From Octopus sinensis (lineage: Eukaryota), in the NCBI RefSeq assembly GCF_006345805.1, contig NC_043005.1:80228001-80292000 (forward strand): DNA of 64,000 bases. The letters run 5' to 3'. Below the pieces are notes generated by a model, which was not told where the DNA came from, did no database searches, and worked only from the letters and a program-made list of their open reading frames with translations. This document shows, in pieces, positions 11,245-24,809 of the stretch; positions within the stretch are counted from its first letter, which is position 1, and each line of letters begins with the position of its first letter. A program made the position numbers and the translations under genes.

Positions 11245-11358
11245 CCGTCTACTAAATCCACTTACCAAACTTTGGTCGACTCGAGGTTATAGTAGAAAAC
11301 ATTTGTCCAAGGCGCCACATTGTGGGACTGAACCCGGAGAAACGTTATTGGAAAGCAA
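10936..11358 (-). mobile_element. tRNA-derived SINE family C with expanded internal microsatellite
   Basis: Reverse complement of the family seen intact at 37553-37948. Confidence 0.8.
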
Positions 11359-12206
11359 TACACAAACAATAAGAACAGTAAATCTTGAAACAAAATGAAG
11401 CTATAAACAATAGTGTCTAAATATTTGACTAAAATCTTTATGGATAGAAAATATCAAAGGCTGCCAGTGATACGCTATTCAAAACCTTCCGAAAATATGT
11501 CGGGCGTTCAACCATTCAAATGTTTTTTTAACTCAATACTTGCACGTTAAAATTTACAGCTGCATCTGCTTTCGACATTAACGGTTCCTAAAAAGATTTA
11601 TTTCACGAACGGGAAGATTCTAAATTAATTGACGTCAACAAGGGGTGTGTGTGTGTGTGCGTATGTGTGTGTGTGTGTGTGTTTGTGTGTGTATGTATGT
11701 GTGTGTGTGTGTGCGTGTACTGTAAAAAAATTGCACTAAAGGACGATAAAAAATTCCCCGGAAGAATCAGATACAATATGTGGACATGCTCATCCTTCAT
11801 GACTTTTTCGGCCAAAGCTCTAAATTTCGCACCGTTATCGGTAAAATTGTTCATTTTGTCGAAATCAATCAAAAAAACCTACTGAGATAAGTGAGTGAAC
11901 ATACACAAACGATATATGACAACAGAACGCGAACGAGATATAACGGAAAACACACAGACACACACAGATAGATACATAAATACGTACATACATACATTTA
12001 CTTACACCCACACACACACAAATATGAATACCAGTGAAAAGTGCTGGCTATAATGAGCTCGAATGAAAGGAACATAGTGGCCCCAAGTAGCACATAATTT
12101 TTTATTTGAAAGGACAAACAAAATTGTTTTATTTAACTCACTAATTTGGTTAGCTACCTTCTTCAATGTCATATTTTTATTTAAAAAAATAGAAACGAAC
12201 CAACTT

Positions 12207-12377
12207 CACGGCAGGAGGTGCAGATGAGGGCAGCTGCATCGAACTCTCTCATGCATCAGATGGCGTTTGCTAAAAAGCATCCGTGAGGTAAAACCGTGTA
12301 GCAAACCAAATGGCGGTGCCCCAGCATGGCCACAGCTCATTAGCTGAAACTGGAAAAAATCAAAATCAAAATCAAAA
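12207..12377 (+). mobile_element. Retroposon 3' end sharing the SINE-C tail; (ATCAAA)n terminus
   Basis: ggcggtgccccagcatggccacagctc..agctgaaac resembles the SINE-C tail ggcggtgctccagcatggctgcagtc..gactgaaac, but the upstream sequence differs. Confidence 0.55.
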
Positions 12378-13039
12378 CATTCAGAAAGAGTATGCTCTTA
12401 CCTTGGAAATAAACGTCTGTGGAAACAGGTACGTGTGAAAAGCTTAAGAATCAGAAGCAAATATTTCCTATTTTTAATAGCTTAATAATTAGCACATCTT
12501 GCTATTTTGTGAAGCTTTAATAAGAATTCAGCGAAGTACTTCTAGTGCAAACGGAATTTAACAAGTGCATACAACTGAATTACTTTTATTATATCAAAAT
12601 GTATGTAAATGTGCACACATCGATAGATAGATAATAGATAGATAGAAATAGGTAGATAGATAAATAGATAGATGTATATACATACATATTTACATACATA
12701 TACATACATATTCATTTATATGTGTCTGTGTATATATATATATATATATATATACATTTGCGGACCCATGAAAACCAAACCTCCACTAACTATTGTTCCT
12801 ATTTATCGGCGCACACTTTTCAATGCCGGATGTGCCATAAGAACTGCAAATTTAACGGAGTCCTCAAGAGACATTTTAAGAGCCACAATCATCAAAGCCT
12901 AAATGCAGCTTTTGGTGGTGCAAATCGGATATGGAATCTACGTCGGTGTGTTTCCAATACATCGTCCGGTTTTAAAAGCCACATCAGATGTCATGATGGA
13001 TCTAAGGTGTAGGTACAAGGCGACCACCATATATATATA

Positions 13040-13093
<54 letters not shown>

Positions 13094-13104
13094 ATTAAAT
13101 ATCC

Positions 13105-13297
13105 AGCCCGAGCCTTAGGTCATAAAGCCGGTTTCTCGGATTCTCTGGCATATTTATTACATCCACTAGACACGACGCTGGTTCATCGCAAGGACTGCGA
13201 CAACGTGAAATTAAGTATCTTGCTCAAGAACACAACGCCTCACCTGATTGACGAATCGAATCCACAGTCATGAATGCCGAAGACGAAGCCACGAACC
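13105..13297 (-). mobile_element. Degenerate tRNA-SINE (family D/E; ttgagcaag..ctt central motif)
   Basis: aagtatcttgctcaagaacacaacgc motif shared with 14653-14858 and 38051-38304. Confidence 0.6.
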
Positions 13298-13849
13298 TGC
13301 ACACACGCACACACACACACACATACACGTATATATACATACACACATGTATATATATATACACTCATACACACCTACCTACGTACATATATGCATACAT
13401 ACATACATACAGACCTACATACACACATACAAACACATACATGTGTCCCCGAAAATGTATTTCCAGATGTATTAAGGATACAGTTACCAATATACACCCA
13501 AATCACAGCCAAAGCAATTTGTGATCCTCATCACCACCAGCACCACTCCAAAAATTGTAGGCTCCCTAGGGCGAAAAAAAACCCTCATTAGTAAAATCAA
13601 ATGAATGAATTTTAGCAGATAATGAAGAAAGTTAGAGAACTAGGAACAACTTCATCGAAAATTGTCAAAGTTAAGCCTGTAAAAAATATCTTCAGAGAGT
13701 ATGAAAACTTTTATATAATATAAAAGGGTCGATTGAAAAGGAATATAAAAGGACCCTAGATTTTTCTACATATTAATTAAATAACTTAGCTTCTCTGTTT
13801 TGCTCATTGAACGAGTAATTGAAGAGAACACCAGTTTTCATATCAGTTT

Positions 13850-14250
13850 CAAATTTTAGCACAAGGCCAGGAATTTCGTGGGAGGACGAAAGTAGATTGT
13901 ATCGACTCCAATGATGAAGTGGTACTTTTTTTATCGACAACGAAAGGATGAAATGTAAAGTCTACCTCGGCGAAATTTCAACTCAGAAAATAAAATCAGA
14001 CTAAATGCCGCTAATTTTGCCCTGAGTGCTAACGATTCTGCTAGCTCACGAAGAATTCTTTCTAATTTTGGTACAAGATCAGCGGTTTTGATGGAAGGGT
14101 CAAGTTGCTACCATCGATCTCCCGACTTGATTGGTTGTGTATTATATCGTGAACGGGGGTGGGAGTTGAAAAAGCTACTTTTGCCACTTTGGAATTTGAA
14201 CTTAGAACGTAAACACTGACGAACTGAAGCTAAGCATTTTGCCGGTTCGT
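13850..14250 (-). mobile_element. Two degenerate family A (T2) SINE copies
   Basis: Reverse-complement matches to the A body (ggcgaaatttcaactcag, ggaatttgaacttagaacgt). Confidence 0.6.
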
Positions 14251-14652
14251 CGCGTTGACACAACTTTTCTTGATAGCGAAATAACTTCAGATGTTACGTA
14301 TAACGTTTTTCATCTTTAATGATGTCCTTAATCTGGTTCAAGGAAGATCAGCGAAGAAGCTTGTCAACGTTTTGCCCAGTTCATAACTTTAAACATTCCG
14401 AAATGTCTAGGCAGTGATAAATTAACTCAAGCATTTCGCTACATCGTGTCCTGATAAATTCCTTTCTATTGCCATAAAGTCGCACAAACAGCGTCATAAT
14501 ATATTCTAGGTAATTATGTATCGAAAAACAATAGTGAAGATCATAGCCTAACAAAATTGCACCAATTTATTCCACTGGTCTCCTCAACAACCCGTTGTAA
14601 TGAGTGTATATATAATATAAATTTAAAAAAACCTTTCCAAGTCATATAAACA

Positions 14653-14858
14653 CATAGGGCCGGTTTCCGTGGTGTATATATTGGTTCCCACTGGCCGAGA
14701 ACCAAGTCCGTCGCAGTATAACTCATGTTTGCCAACAGAGTGGACTGTAGAAATTTGAAATGAAGTGTTTTGCTCAAGAACACAACGCATCGCTCGGTCC
14801 AGGAGTCAAGGCCACAATCTTATGAGTATAACACCCTAACCACAAAGACACGTGCCAC
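14653..14858 (-). mobile_element. Degenerate tRNA-SINE (family D/E)
   Basis: gggccggtttcc tail, ttgctcaagaacacaacgc motif and tRNA-like head remnant. Confidence 0.6.
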
Positions 14859-15947
14859 CAGTGAGTGTATAGTTGTATGGATATAAAGTATTGTGAACTC
14901 TACATGAACACATGATATACATTTGAACTTTTATCCTGTCCGCTTGGCCCAAAATAATGTCAATGTGCAGGGCATTAATGTGACCATAGTTAAACAGATA
15001 CTAGTTAGTAGAATTAAATTCAAATATTTTTTTACGTTAACAATGCGCTTAGCAAACCAAAATAGTTTCACTGTTTGCCAGAGATGCCTGTCTACGAAAT
15101 CTGGAAATGAAAGCCGGGACACGATATTCTTCAAAGCTAAAAGACGACCTGCCGAAGATATTAAGGCCTATGTTTTCAACACCACAATTATGTGAATTAT
15201 ATACTTTTAAATAATTTTCATAGGTCCGAGGAATCATAACCTTGTCTACATTGTTTCCATGGCGTATAAACGATCAAGGTCATATCGTCCTTCCTGAATG
15301 AGACGCGGTTCAGTTGTAGGATCTAAGGCCAGCACTTACATCGATCGCCATCAACCCAAAAATGTATGATAGACAAAGTTGATCTCCGTGGAATTTGGGA
15401 TCAGAACATAAAGCGACAGAAGAAATACTGCTGAGCGGTTTGTCCGGCGTGTTAACAATTAAACCAGCTCGCTACATGTACAATTACGACAGTTGTGCAA
15501 ATACAAAGATTCTCACACGCACATACAAACACACTCATGTATTCACTTCAATCACAAGGTATTGGTCTGATTGGGTTAATGATAGGACACACTTAGACAA
15601 GGTGCCATTCAGTGAAACTAAACCTGGAACCAAGGCATTCCAGAACTAGTTAACGACAAAGCCTTGCCTGCACTTAGTCGACACACAAAAACATCATTTA
15701 ACGTACGTTTTCCCATTTTTCCATGTGGCATAACATACACAGGCATCCCAATTTTCAAAAAGAAGAAACCACGTGGTCAGTGTCTAGCGATTACTTAGAC
15801 TCAAGGCGCATTATAAAACCTGCCTAGCTACGTGTCTTAGTGACAAGAAACTATCAGTAGCTCTTAATTTAATACAATGTTCATTAATTGATATTTATAT
15901 CTCGCTGGAAGGAGTACACGTTTGTTGGTCTAAGATTAACGGAACAG

Positions 15948-15958
15948 TATATACATAT

Positions 15959-16018
<60 letters not shown>

Positions 16019-16053
16019 CATATATTATATGCATATATATATATTATGCATAT

Positions 16054-16095
<42 letters not shown>

Positions 16096-16160
16096 ATATA
16101 TATATATATATATATAATATATATACACATATGTATACATATGATATATATATATATAAA
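15948..16160. repeat. (TA)n-rich microsatellite
   Basis: Direct reading. Confidence 0.95.
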
Positions 16161-16250
16161 CATATACATTATTTTATTTATTAGGGAATAAAAATCCGCG
16201 TCACAGGGATTCAAATAAAATTAATTATTCTCGATAGGGAAATATATGTC

Positions 16251-16427
16251 ATTTAGATACAGAAGTCCCCATGCAATTCCTCAAATCCTAATATACATCA
16301 CACCATATCATAGAATTTTATTTTAATACTTACTAATTAGTTCTAAAACTAGAACTGATTAGTAAGTATTAAAATAAAATTCTATGATATGATGTGATGA
16401 ATTGCATGGGGACTTCTCTGTCTAAAT
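16251..16427. repeat. Near-perfect palindrome of about 177 bp
   Basis: Inner 50-bp arms have 2 mismatches around an aaac loop. Outer 29-bp arms, with a short bulge on the left arm. Confidence 0.9.
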
Positions 16428-16444
16428 ACTATATATGCATGTAG

Positions 16445-16498
<54 letters not shown>

Positions 16499-16564
16499 AA
16501 TTCAGGGTGAATACTTGATAAATGTAAGCAATATATACATATATATATATGTGTATATATATTA

Positions 16565-16605
<41 letters not shown>

Positions 16606-17134
16606 CACACACACACACATATATATATATATTACATACACACACACATATATATATATGTGTGTGTGTGTGTGTATACACATACATACATGCATACATA
16701 CGTACACGCATACATATGTGTGTGTGTGTGCATATTTATAGCTATATATTTGTTGTTGTTGTTGTTTTGTTACCCTTTCTGTCGTTAATATATTTCCTTG
16801 TCATTTGCAGATATATTCTACTGTCCGTATCCTTTGTCATCCGTTCTATAATTCCGAATTCACTAGAAATTCGTTGAAGGGTGCTTGTCACGCGATTTCA
16901 CAAAGCACACCAGAATCATATAAAATTAGGAAGTTTATATGAAGAACAGCGAATATAAACAAGCAAAGCAAATAGATAACTAAATATATATGAAAAAACA
17001 ACTGAATGGGTCCGAAATAAAGAAATGAGGCTATTGCTGTTGTTTATGTCGTTTAATGATGACGTTGCATTTAATGGTAATGATAGGGGGGGGGGAACAG
17101 TGTGAAGAGAGAATTTTCATATAAATGTGAAGAG

Positions 17135-17147
17135 AATAATAATAAAG

Positions 17148-17188
<41 letters not shown>

Positions 17189-17291
17189 AACAAAAACAAC
17201 AACAACAGCAATAATAATAATAATAATAATACAATGATAATAATAATAATAATAATAATAATGATGAAATAATAATAATATAATAATAATA

Positions 17292-17329
<38 letters not shown>

Positions 17330-17345
17330 TGATAATAATAATAAG

Positions 17346-17378
<33 letters not shown>

Positions 17379-17444
17379 TAATAATGATGATAATAATAAT
17401 ATTAATAATAATAATAATAATAATAATAATGATGATAATAATAA

Positions 17445-17486
<42 letters not shown>

Positions 17487-17503
17487 TAATAATAATAATA
17501 ATA

Positions 17504-17540
<37 letters not shown>

Positions 17541-17544
17541 GTAA
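17135..17544. repeat. (AAT)n microsatellite of about 400 bp
   Basis: Direct reading. Confidence 0.95.
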
Positions 17545-17823
17545 TGTTGTGTTTTAAATTTTATATTTTCAGTAAAACCTCTCAAAGAGGATGAAACTTC
17601 TAATGGAGAAAAGTATATACAGAAGTAGGAATAAAAATTGAATATATGTAAACATACACACATACAAGTAAACATAAATATATGCGTACACACGCGTGTT
17701 TGTGTATGTATGTATGTATGTATGTACACATGGGTATATATATATGTATTTTATATGCACATGCATATATATCTTTACGTATATATGCATACATATATAT
17801 ATATATGCGTATATATGAATCTA

Positions 17824-17854
<31 letters not shown>

Positions 17855-17913
17855 ATTATATATATATATATATATAATATATATATATATAGTCATATGC
17901 ATATAATTTGTAT

Positions 17914-17946
<33 letters not shown>

Positions 17947-18209
17947 TATATACGAATGCACATACACACACCGCACACATACATGAGGTTATTCACCTTA
18001 TAGATGCATTTGTCTATACACACATGCAGTGTATATATTTAAGAAGCTTTTACTAGGGAAAGTTTGGCAGAGACCTCGAACTTTCGGTTTCACATATGTG
18101 CGTGCACTCGAGTGTGTCCGTGCGTGTGTGTGTGTGCTCATTTATATCAATGTGCGCATGTTATTTTATGTAAGTAAGCATGCAAGCATAAATGTATAAA
18201 TGTGTGTAT

Positions 18210-18623
18210 ACTCTTTTACTCTTTTACTTTTTTCAGTCATTTGACTGTGGCCAAACTGGAGCACCGCCTTTAGACAAGCAAATCGACCCCAGATTAAGTA
18301 CTAGCCTTCTTTGTAAGCCTAGTACTTAATCTATCGTTTTCTTTTGCCGAACTGCTAAGTTACGGGGACGCAAACAGACCACCATCGGTTGTCAAGCGAT
18401 GTTGGTAGGGGTGGACAAACTCAGACACAAACATATACACACATATACATACATATATATATGCACATATATACGAAGGGCTTCTTTCAGTTTCCATCTA
18501 CCAAATCCACTCACAAGGCTATGGTCTGCCCGGGGCTATAGCAGAAGACTATAGGTGGCACGTAGTGGGACTGAACCCGGAACCATGTGGTTGGTAAGCA
18601 AGCTATTTACCACACCACCACTC
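18210..18623 (-). mobile_element. SINE family C, full length
   Basis: Reverse complement of 37553-37948, including the (AAAAGAGT)n tail. Confidence 0.85.
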
Positions 18624-19171
18624 GTAGTTATACTTGTAGTTGTGTATGTATGTATGTATGTATGCAAGTGTGTGTATGTATATACGTGAGTGGTTTGTGT
18701 GCATATGCTTACATGTGCTTCGGACACAATATCTGTAACATTTACTCGGACTGAGTTCTTTTATATTTATCGTGTCCGGCCTTACCTTGCCTTGTATGGC
18801 TTTGTCTTTCAACCTTCAGAGATCAATGAAGTAAAGAATCATGCTAATTATGATAATTATGCTGTCACAACTTCGAAGTTTAGTTTTGTTCGATGCTATG
18901 GCGTATATAGGTTAAGATCGTCTTTGTGAAAGAGAGCATCGAAAAAGATATGCGAAAGATAAGCAAATTTCGTGATACACGAGAGTACGCACACATACTT
19001 CAATGCTAGTGATGGCTGCAAATAAAACCCAGCACCCGTCGCCCATGATAACTTACAACATCACCATGTTGCTAATGTTGTGTTTAGTTGAAACTCTTCC
19101 AATTCATGACTAAATGGCAGAACGCAGTGAGGCATTGAACAGTCCAATTACAACATTAAACTACGTAGGAA

Positions 19172-19755
19172 GGCGGCGAGCTGGCAGAAACGTTAGCACG
19201 CCGGGTGAAATGCTTAACAGTATTTCGTCTATCTTTACGTTCTGAGTTCAAATTCCGCCGAGGTAGACTTTGTCTTTCATCCATTCGGGGTCGATTAAAT
19301 AAGTACTAATTACGCACTGGGGTCGATATAATCGACTAAATCCGTTTGTCTGTCCTTGTTTATCCTTTCTGTGTTTAGCCCCTTGTGGGTAGTAAAGAAA
19401 TAGGTAATTAAGTCTGCCGCTACGTTCTGAGTTCAAATTCTGCTGTGGTCGACTTTGCCTTTCATCATTTCGGGGTCGATAAATTAAGTACCAGTTACGC
19501 ACTGGGGCGATACAATCGACTTAATCCGTTTGTCTGTCCTTGTGTGTCCACTCTATGTTTAGCCCCCTGTGGGTAGTAAAGAAATAGGTATTTCGTCTGT
19601 CTTTATGTTTTGAGTTCAAATTCCACCGAGGTCGACTTTGCTTTTCATCCTTTTGAAGTCAATAAATTACGTACCAGTTGTGCACTGAGTTCGATCTAAT
19701 CGACTGGCCCCCTCCCAAATAATTTGGGGAATTGTGCCTAGAGCGGAAAAGAATA
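19172..19755 (+). mobile_element. SINE family A trimer (head, body-T1, body-T1, body-T2)
   Basis: Junctions aaagaaatag|gtaattaagtc and aaagaaatag|gtatttcgtc. Confidence 0.9.
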
Positions 19756-20125
19756 TTAAAATACGTGCACTTTTAGTTTCACACCGCTTTATGCAAACTT
19801 GACTTATTCGAAACTCACGGCACCCTCATCCAAATGCTGTTGTGCTTCAACTAATAAGGAGGTCATTCTACGATCGTAGCTTTTTTCTATGAATTGCAAG
19901 GCATTAGAGCTCACATCTGTCTCTTTCTTATGACCTGACCTCTTTCAAGTGTAAAATAAATTCATTTCTTACACCTTTATTTCTCCTTCATCATAGTCCG
20001 CAACAGTAAGTAGTTTTCCACCTTTTACAGAACTTTCAATTAAAACAAAAACGAAGAAGAAATATTACATTTCTAAACATCTCAGAGAGATAGAAGCAGT
20101 AGTGGTACGCTGGAGTAGTTTTATA

Positions 20126-20367
20126 CTGTTAACGTAATGTGTCAGTCCCATGAATGGAATAACACCACTGCTATTTAGCCCTAGGAAGCATCAACGCTTC
20201 CTGTCGGCCTTGAGACATTTCCTGTGTCCTTATGTTTACAAGGGGGAGACAAGCACCACCACTCAGCTAAGCCTGCATCTAGAGACTAGTTTCTGAGTCT
20301 TGCTCGTCATCAGTCTGGAGTAGCATGGCCTGCTAGTTGGAGATGCTTGTCTAGGTTTGTAAACATA
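20126..20367 (-). mobile_element. Short HHR-containing repeat (Penelope/retrozyme-like)
   Basis: Contains the HHR at 20278-20319. No coding capacity. Boundaries approximate. Confidence 0.45.
20278..20319 (-). ncRNA. Minimal type I hammerhead with palindromic ACTAGT stem III and GUC site
   Basis: tccaga-CTGATGA-cgag(caaga)ctca-GAA-ACTAGT-C-tctaga. Confidence 0.7.
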
Positions 20368-20925
20368 TAATAATTCTAGCGAAATAAATCCACTGATTAC
20401 AAAAATAGAAATATTACGTTTCTAAATATCTGAGAAAGATATAAGCAGTAATGGTACAAAGTAACTCTACAATTAAGTCGTGTGGCGTCCTTTAAAACTT
20501 AGTTATGATTGTGTTTGGTACATCCTGACTTCTCTTATGTACATAGGTATTAATATGTGTGTGAGTGTCTCTCTCTATATATAGAGATATACGTTGATAG
20601 AGAGAAAAATAAAAAGGCAGATCTGGTATATGCACAAGAGTTAATAGGTGATTGTGATTATATGGGTTCATATACACACACACATAACATACACACATGC
20701 GTGCATACGTACCTATCGCACACACACATATTTGTGATACTGGAGTGTTTGGTGGGAGATGCAACTGTGTGAACTTTAACTATATGCGTAAAAGGAGATA
20801 TAGCTAAGAAAGAGCTTCGAATGCAATTTATAAAACCGAACCTACACGAAATATAGATTTCTTGAAAAGAGATATTAAGACGGGGAAATTGGGACAAATA
20901 AAAGATTCTAAACATAAACATACGT

Positions 20926-20961
<36 letters not shown>

Positions 20962-21096
20962 ATACACGTTTGTATATAAGTACATATATATATATGCGTG
21001 TGTGTATGTAAGTAGATATACACGCATACGCACACATACACACACACATATAAATATATATTATATATATATATATGTATACCTCAATAGATAAAG

Positions 21097-21136
<40 letters not shown>

Positions 21137-21848
21137 AGGCATGTATGTATGCAAACATAGTTACCTATATACACAGATATAAATACACATATATAATTGT
21201 ACGTAAGCATGTGCATATCCATGTATTATCCATACATACACACATAAGTATTATATATATATATAGATCCTATATATATATCTATATATAATATTATATA
21301 TATATATATATGTATGTATTGTGTATATAGTGTGCGTATGTGTGAGAGTGTGTATGATGGCAAGCACATGGAAAGAAACGGAGGTTAGTGGAACAGTGGC
21401 ATCGGAGATGAACATAAATTATGCATGCTACAGGTAGTTAAACTGAAAGACAAAATTTAAAAGAAAGATCGAGAAGATAAATATTTGTGAAAACTTAACA
21501 AAAGATGATATAAAGATTGAATTATCTTGTTAAGAACAGAGATTGAATCCAATGAAAGAGAATAATCGAAGTAATTGATGGAATAAAATTGGAATGATCT
21601 TTCAGTGTGACGATACATAATGGAATGAATATCCAGGAAGGTACGTAAGCTTGAATAGACAATTTAAAATGTTGATGGATTCAAGATAAACGATTATTCT
21701 AAAATGTTTTTTCCGAGTAACGTAAACATGTCCTTACATTCAAAATATACTCAACAAATTCATGAGCGCTTATCTGTATGTCTGTCTGTTTGTCTATCTG
21801 TATATCTATCACTGTTCTCTCTCCCTCAACATATATATATGTATTTGT

Positions 21849-21896
<48 letters not shown>

Positions 21897-22004
21897 CCAT
21901 CCATACATACATACATACATACATAACATACATACATGTATACACACACACACACACACACACATATATATTTATATATATATATGTATGTATATATCGC
22001 CATG

Positions 22005-22172
22005 ATAGATAGTTAGCCACTACACATTTTTTCTCTCCTTGTTTTTTCTGTGTCCCTTTCTGTAGAAGAGCGTAGGCTCGAAACGTAAAAGACTTTTTCT
22101 ATTCCTGAGCGTTATACTAATACATCTGTTTGTTTTGTACACCGCCTGTCTTCTTCTTTTGTTTTTTTCGTA
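22005..22172 (+). mobile_element. Penelope-like terminal fragment, family P1
   Basis: Homolog of 336-525. Confidence 0.6.
22056..22091 (+). ncRNA. Minimal type I hammerhead-like motif with CUGUAGA core (A6U)
   Basis: cttt-CTGTAGA-a-gagc(gtag)gctc-GAA-ACGT-A-aaag. Confidence 0.55.
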
Positions 22173-22245
22173 AACTCTCCCTAAATATGTATATATATAA
22201 ATATATATATATACATATGTGTTACACACAAAGACACGCACGCGC

Positions 22246-22287
<42 letters not shown>

Positions 22288-22288
<1 letters not shown>

Positions 22289-23076
22289 ATTTACAAAATA
22301 AGGGCAAAAGAAAAATTTTAATGCCAAATATGCCGAAAAAAAGACAAAAATAGTCAATAACCATAATAATTTATGCGTCTTGAAACAAACCGATAGAAAT
22401 TTCTAAAAAATCCGTTATTACCGCATTGGTCCCAAATCGGGGTTAATTCATGAGAGTTTTCCCCTCTTCAGCGATAAATACATAAGATATATTATATATT
22501 TTTGATAGATATATTATTGATAAATTTAGCATTTAAAGGTATTTTTTTGATATGCCGGCCATTGATAAAATTTTTTCCCGAAAAAAATTTTATCCTACAT
22601 TAGTTATAAATTGAATACTGTTCACTTCTGGATTCTCTCACTCTGTGAAAGTTTCTAGTTCGAATCACACGTGTCTCGAGATGTGCCGAATATTTTCTTT
22701 TTTGGATATATTTGGGGTACTTAGGTCTGCTCGGGACTTAGTGCTTGCTTACTCCATGGGTATGAGTAAGTATTTCACTTATATCTTGCGTATTTATCGC
22801 TGAAGAGGGGAAAATTCTTATGAATTAACCCCGAAATTGGAACCAATGCGGTAATAACGGATTTTTTAGAAATTTCTATCGGTTTGTTTCGAGACGCATA
22901 CATTATAATGATTATTGACAATTTTTGTCTTTTTTTCGGCATATCTGGCATTAGAATTTTTCTTTTGCCCTTATTTTGTAAGTTATTGATAAATTTAATC
23001 TTTAAAGGTATTTTTTGATATGCTGGCCATTGATAAAATTTTTTCCCGAAAAATATTTTATTCTACATTAGTTATA
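22288..23076. mobile_element. Penelope-like remnant with inverted 200-bp arms and a 94-bp direct repeat
   Basis: Arms 22288-22491 and 22780-22984 are inverted. 22514-22608 is repeated at 22983-23076. Each arm has an HHR core. Confidence 0.75.
22794..22854 (+). ncRNA. Type I hammerhead fold with G at the cleavage position
   Basis: ttatcg-CTGAAGA-gggg(18 nt)cccc-GAA-ATTGG(aa)CCAAT-G-cggtaa. The inverted copy at 22418-22477 has GAAA changed to GATT. Confidence 0.6.
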
Positions 23077-23154
23077 TATATATATAACATTTTTGCTTGT
23101 TAAAGTTATCGGATTGATGGGGTAACGTCCAAAGACATTAGTTGAAAGAACCAC

Positions 23155-23450
23155 AGTACTTATTTCTTCAAGGCCTGGTATTTACTTTTTGTTGATCTGC
23201 TATATTACTCGGACATAAACAATCCAATAGTTGTTGTCAATTGGTTTCTTTTGTAGGTAGGGTGGGGGAAAACACAAAGACACACACAAATATTCACATA
23301 TATACACGAGAGGTTTCTTTCAGTTTCCATGCACCGAATTCACTCTAAACACTTTAGTCATCCCAGAGTTATAGTAGAAGACAGTTTCCCAGGATGCCGT
23401 ACAGTGGAATTGAGCCTGGGACCATGTGGTCAGGTGTGAACGTTTTCCCA
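23155..23450 (-). mobile_element. SINE family C, degenerate
   Basis: tttcttcagtttcc...gttatagtagaagacagtttccc...gggaccatgtgg. Confidence 0.65.
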
Positions 23451-24421
23451 CTCAAAGGAATGTTTGATTATTACTCAAAAAATATTGTAAGTCGCTTTTC
23501 ACACTGTGAAAGCTAATTTCAGTTTAAGAGTTTAAATTTATAAAGAGGCACAGATAAGAAATACGCCATATTCAATAAGCGATCGAAAATTTTGCAAATT
23601 TATTGCAGTTATTTCATGTATGTTTGTAGATACATTGAGCGAATCTAGATTTGCAAAGCAGCATAATTCAAAGACCTATAGCTTATAATTAATTCAAAAC
23701 AAAATATCATCAACACAGACCTACATTCTGTCGCTTAAACGCGAAAATAAACGATATGTCACTTTCTAAGTATATATGGCCATTAACATACAAAATATCC
23801 TAGATGATATCAAACGGAGAATTTTGATTTTGCCACTACAATATCAAACGAGCAACAAATTCTTCCCTATTGACACAGCATAAATCTTCCAAATTCTCTT
23901 ATCCCAAAATAGTTGCTCAATTTCTACAGAGATTAAACCCTTTAAAATTTTAGGACACATCTACCTAAGAAGTTTCTCACAGCTGCTGAAGAGAATTATA
24001 TATTTTTCCACTAATTTCACATAGTTGCGATTAGAAATCTCTGTCCCAGTATAAAATTATTAAGGGTTCCTCAGAACGACAGACTCCCTCTCCACCTATA
24101 TCCACATTTGTTATTTTTTCCAGATCTAGGAGTACAGATATAAATATATTTTACAGTATATATATACAAACAAGAAAGATAAGCACACAAAGGCATATAC
24201 CCAGAGGCAAACAAAGGCAAACATGCATATATATTGTTTATTTGTATATATATATATATATATATAGCTCTCCTGATATGAAATATATGCGTATAATAGT
24301 TATCTGCCTGAGCATTGATATGCGCAAATATAAACGTAAGCATTATCGTATGAATTGATCCACATTAATGGTAATATGCATACAGAGTTAGGAATATATT
24401 TTGTTCAAAGTGTGTATATGT

Positions 24422-24525
<104 letters not shown>

Positions 24526-24809
24526 TTGTGTGTATGTGTGTATAGCTATCTAGCTATCTTTATATATATATCTCTCTATCTATTTCTTGTGATATACCCA
24601 CACACACTTATATGCTGTTGTATACACACGCACACACACATATACACACATATATACACATACACACACATATATATATATACACATATATTTATAATTA
24701 CATATAAACATATATACACACATACATATATACAGACAGACACACGTACGCACACACAAACCACACCCCATCACACAGCCCAATCACTCCGTTGATGAGC
24801 CTCAGATGG

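Noticed and set aside
14923-15237. Overlapping 60-90 aa ORFs on both strands with protein-like composition
   Set aside because: No recognisable family motif and no convincing splice-site pair.
21607-21650. Possible 35-nt micro-exon (cttttcag|...AAG|GTACGT)
   Set aside because: Weak pyrimidine tract and a very short peptide; expected by chance.
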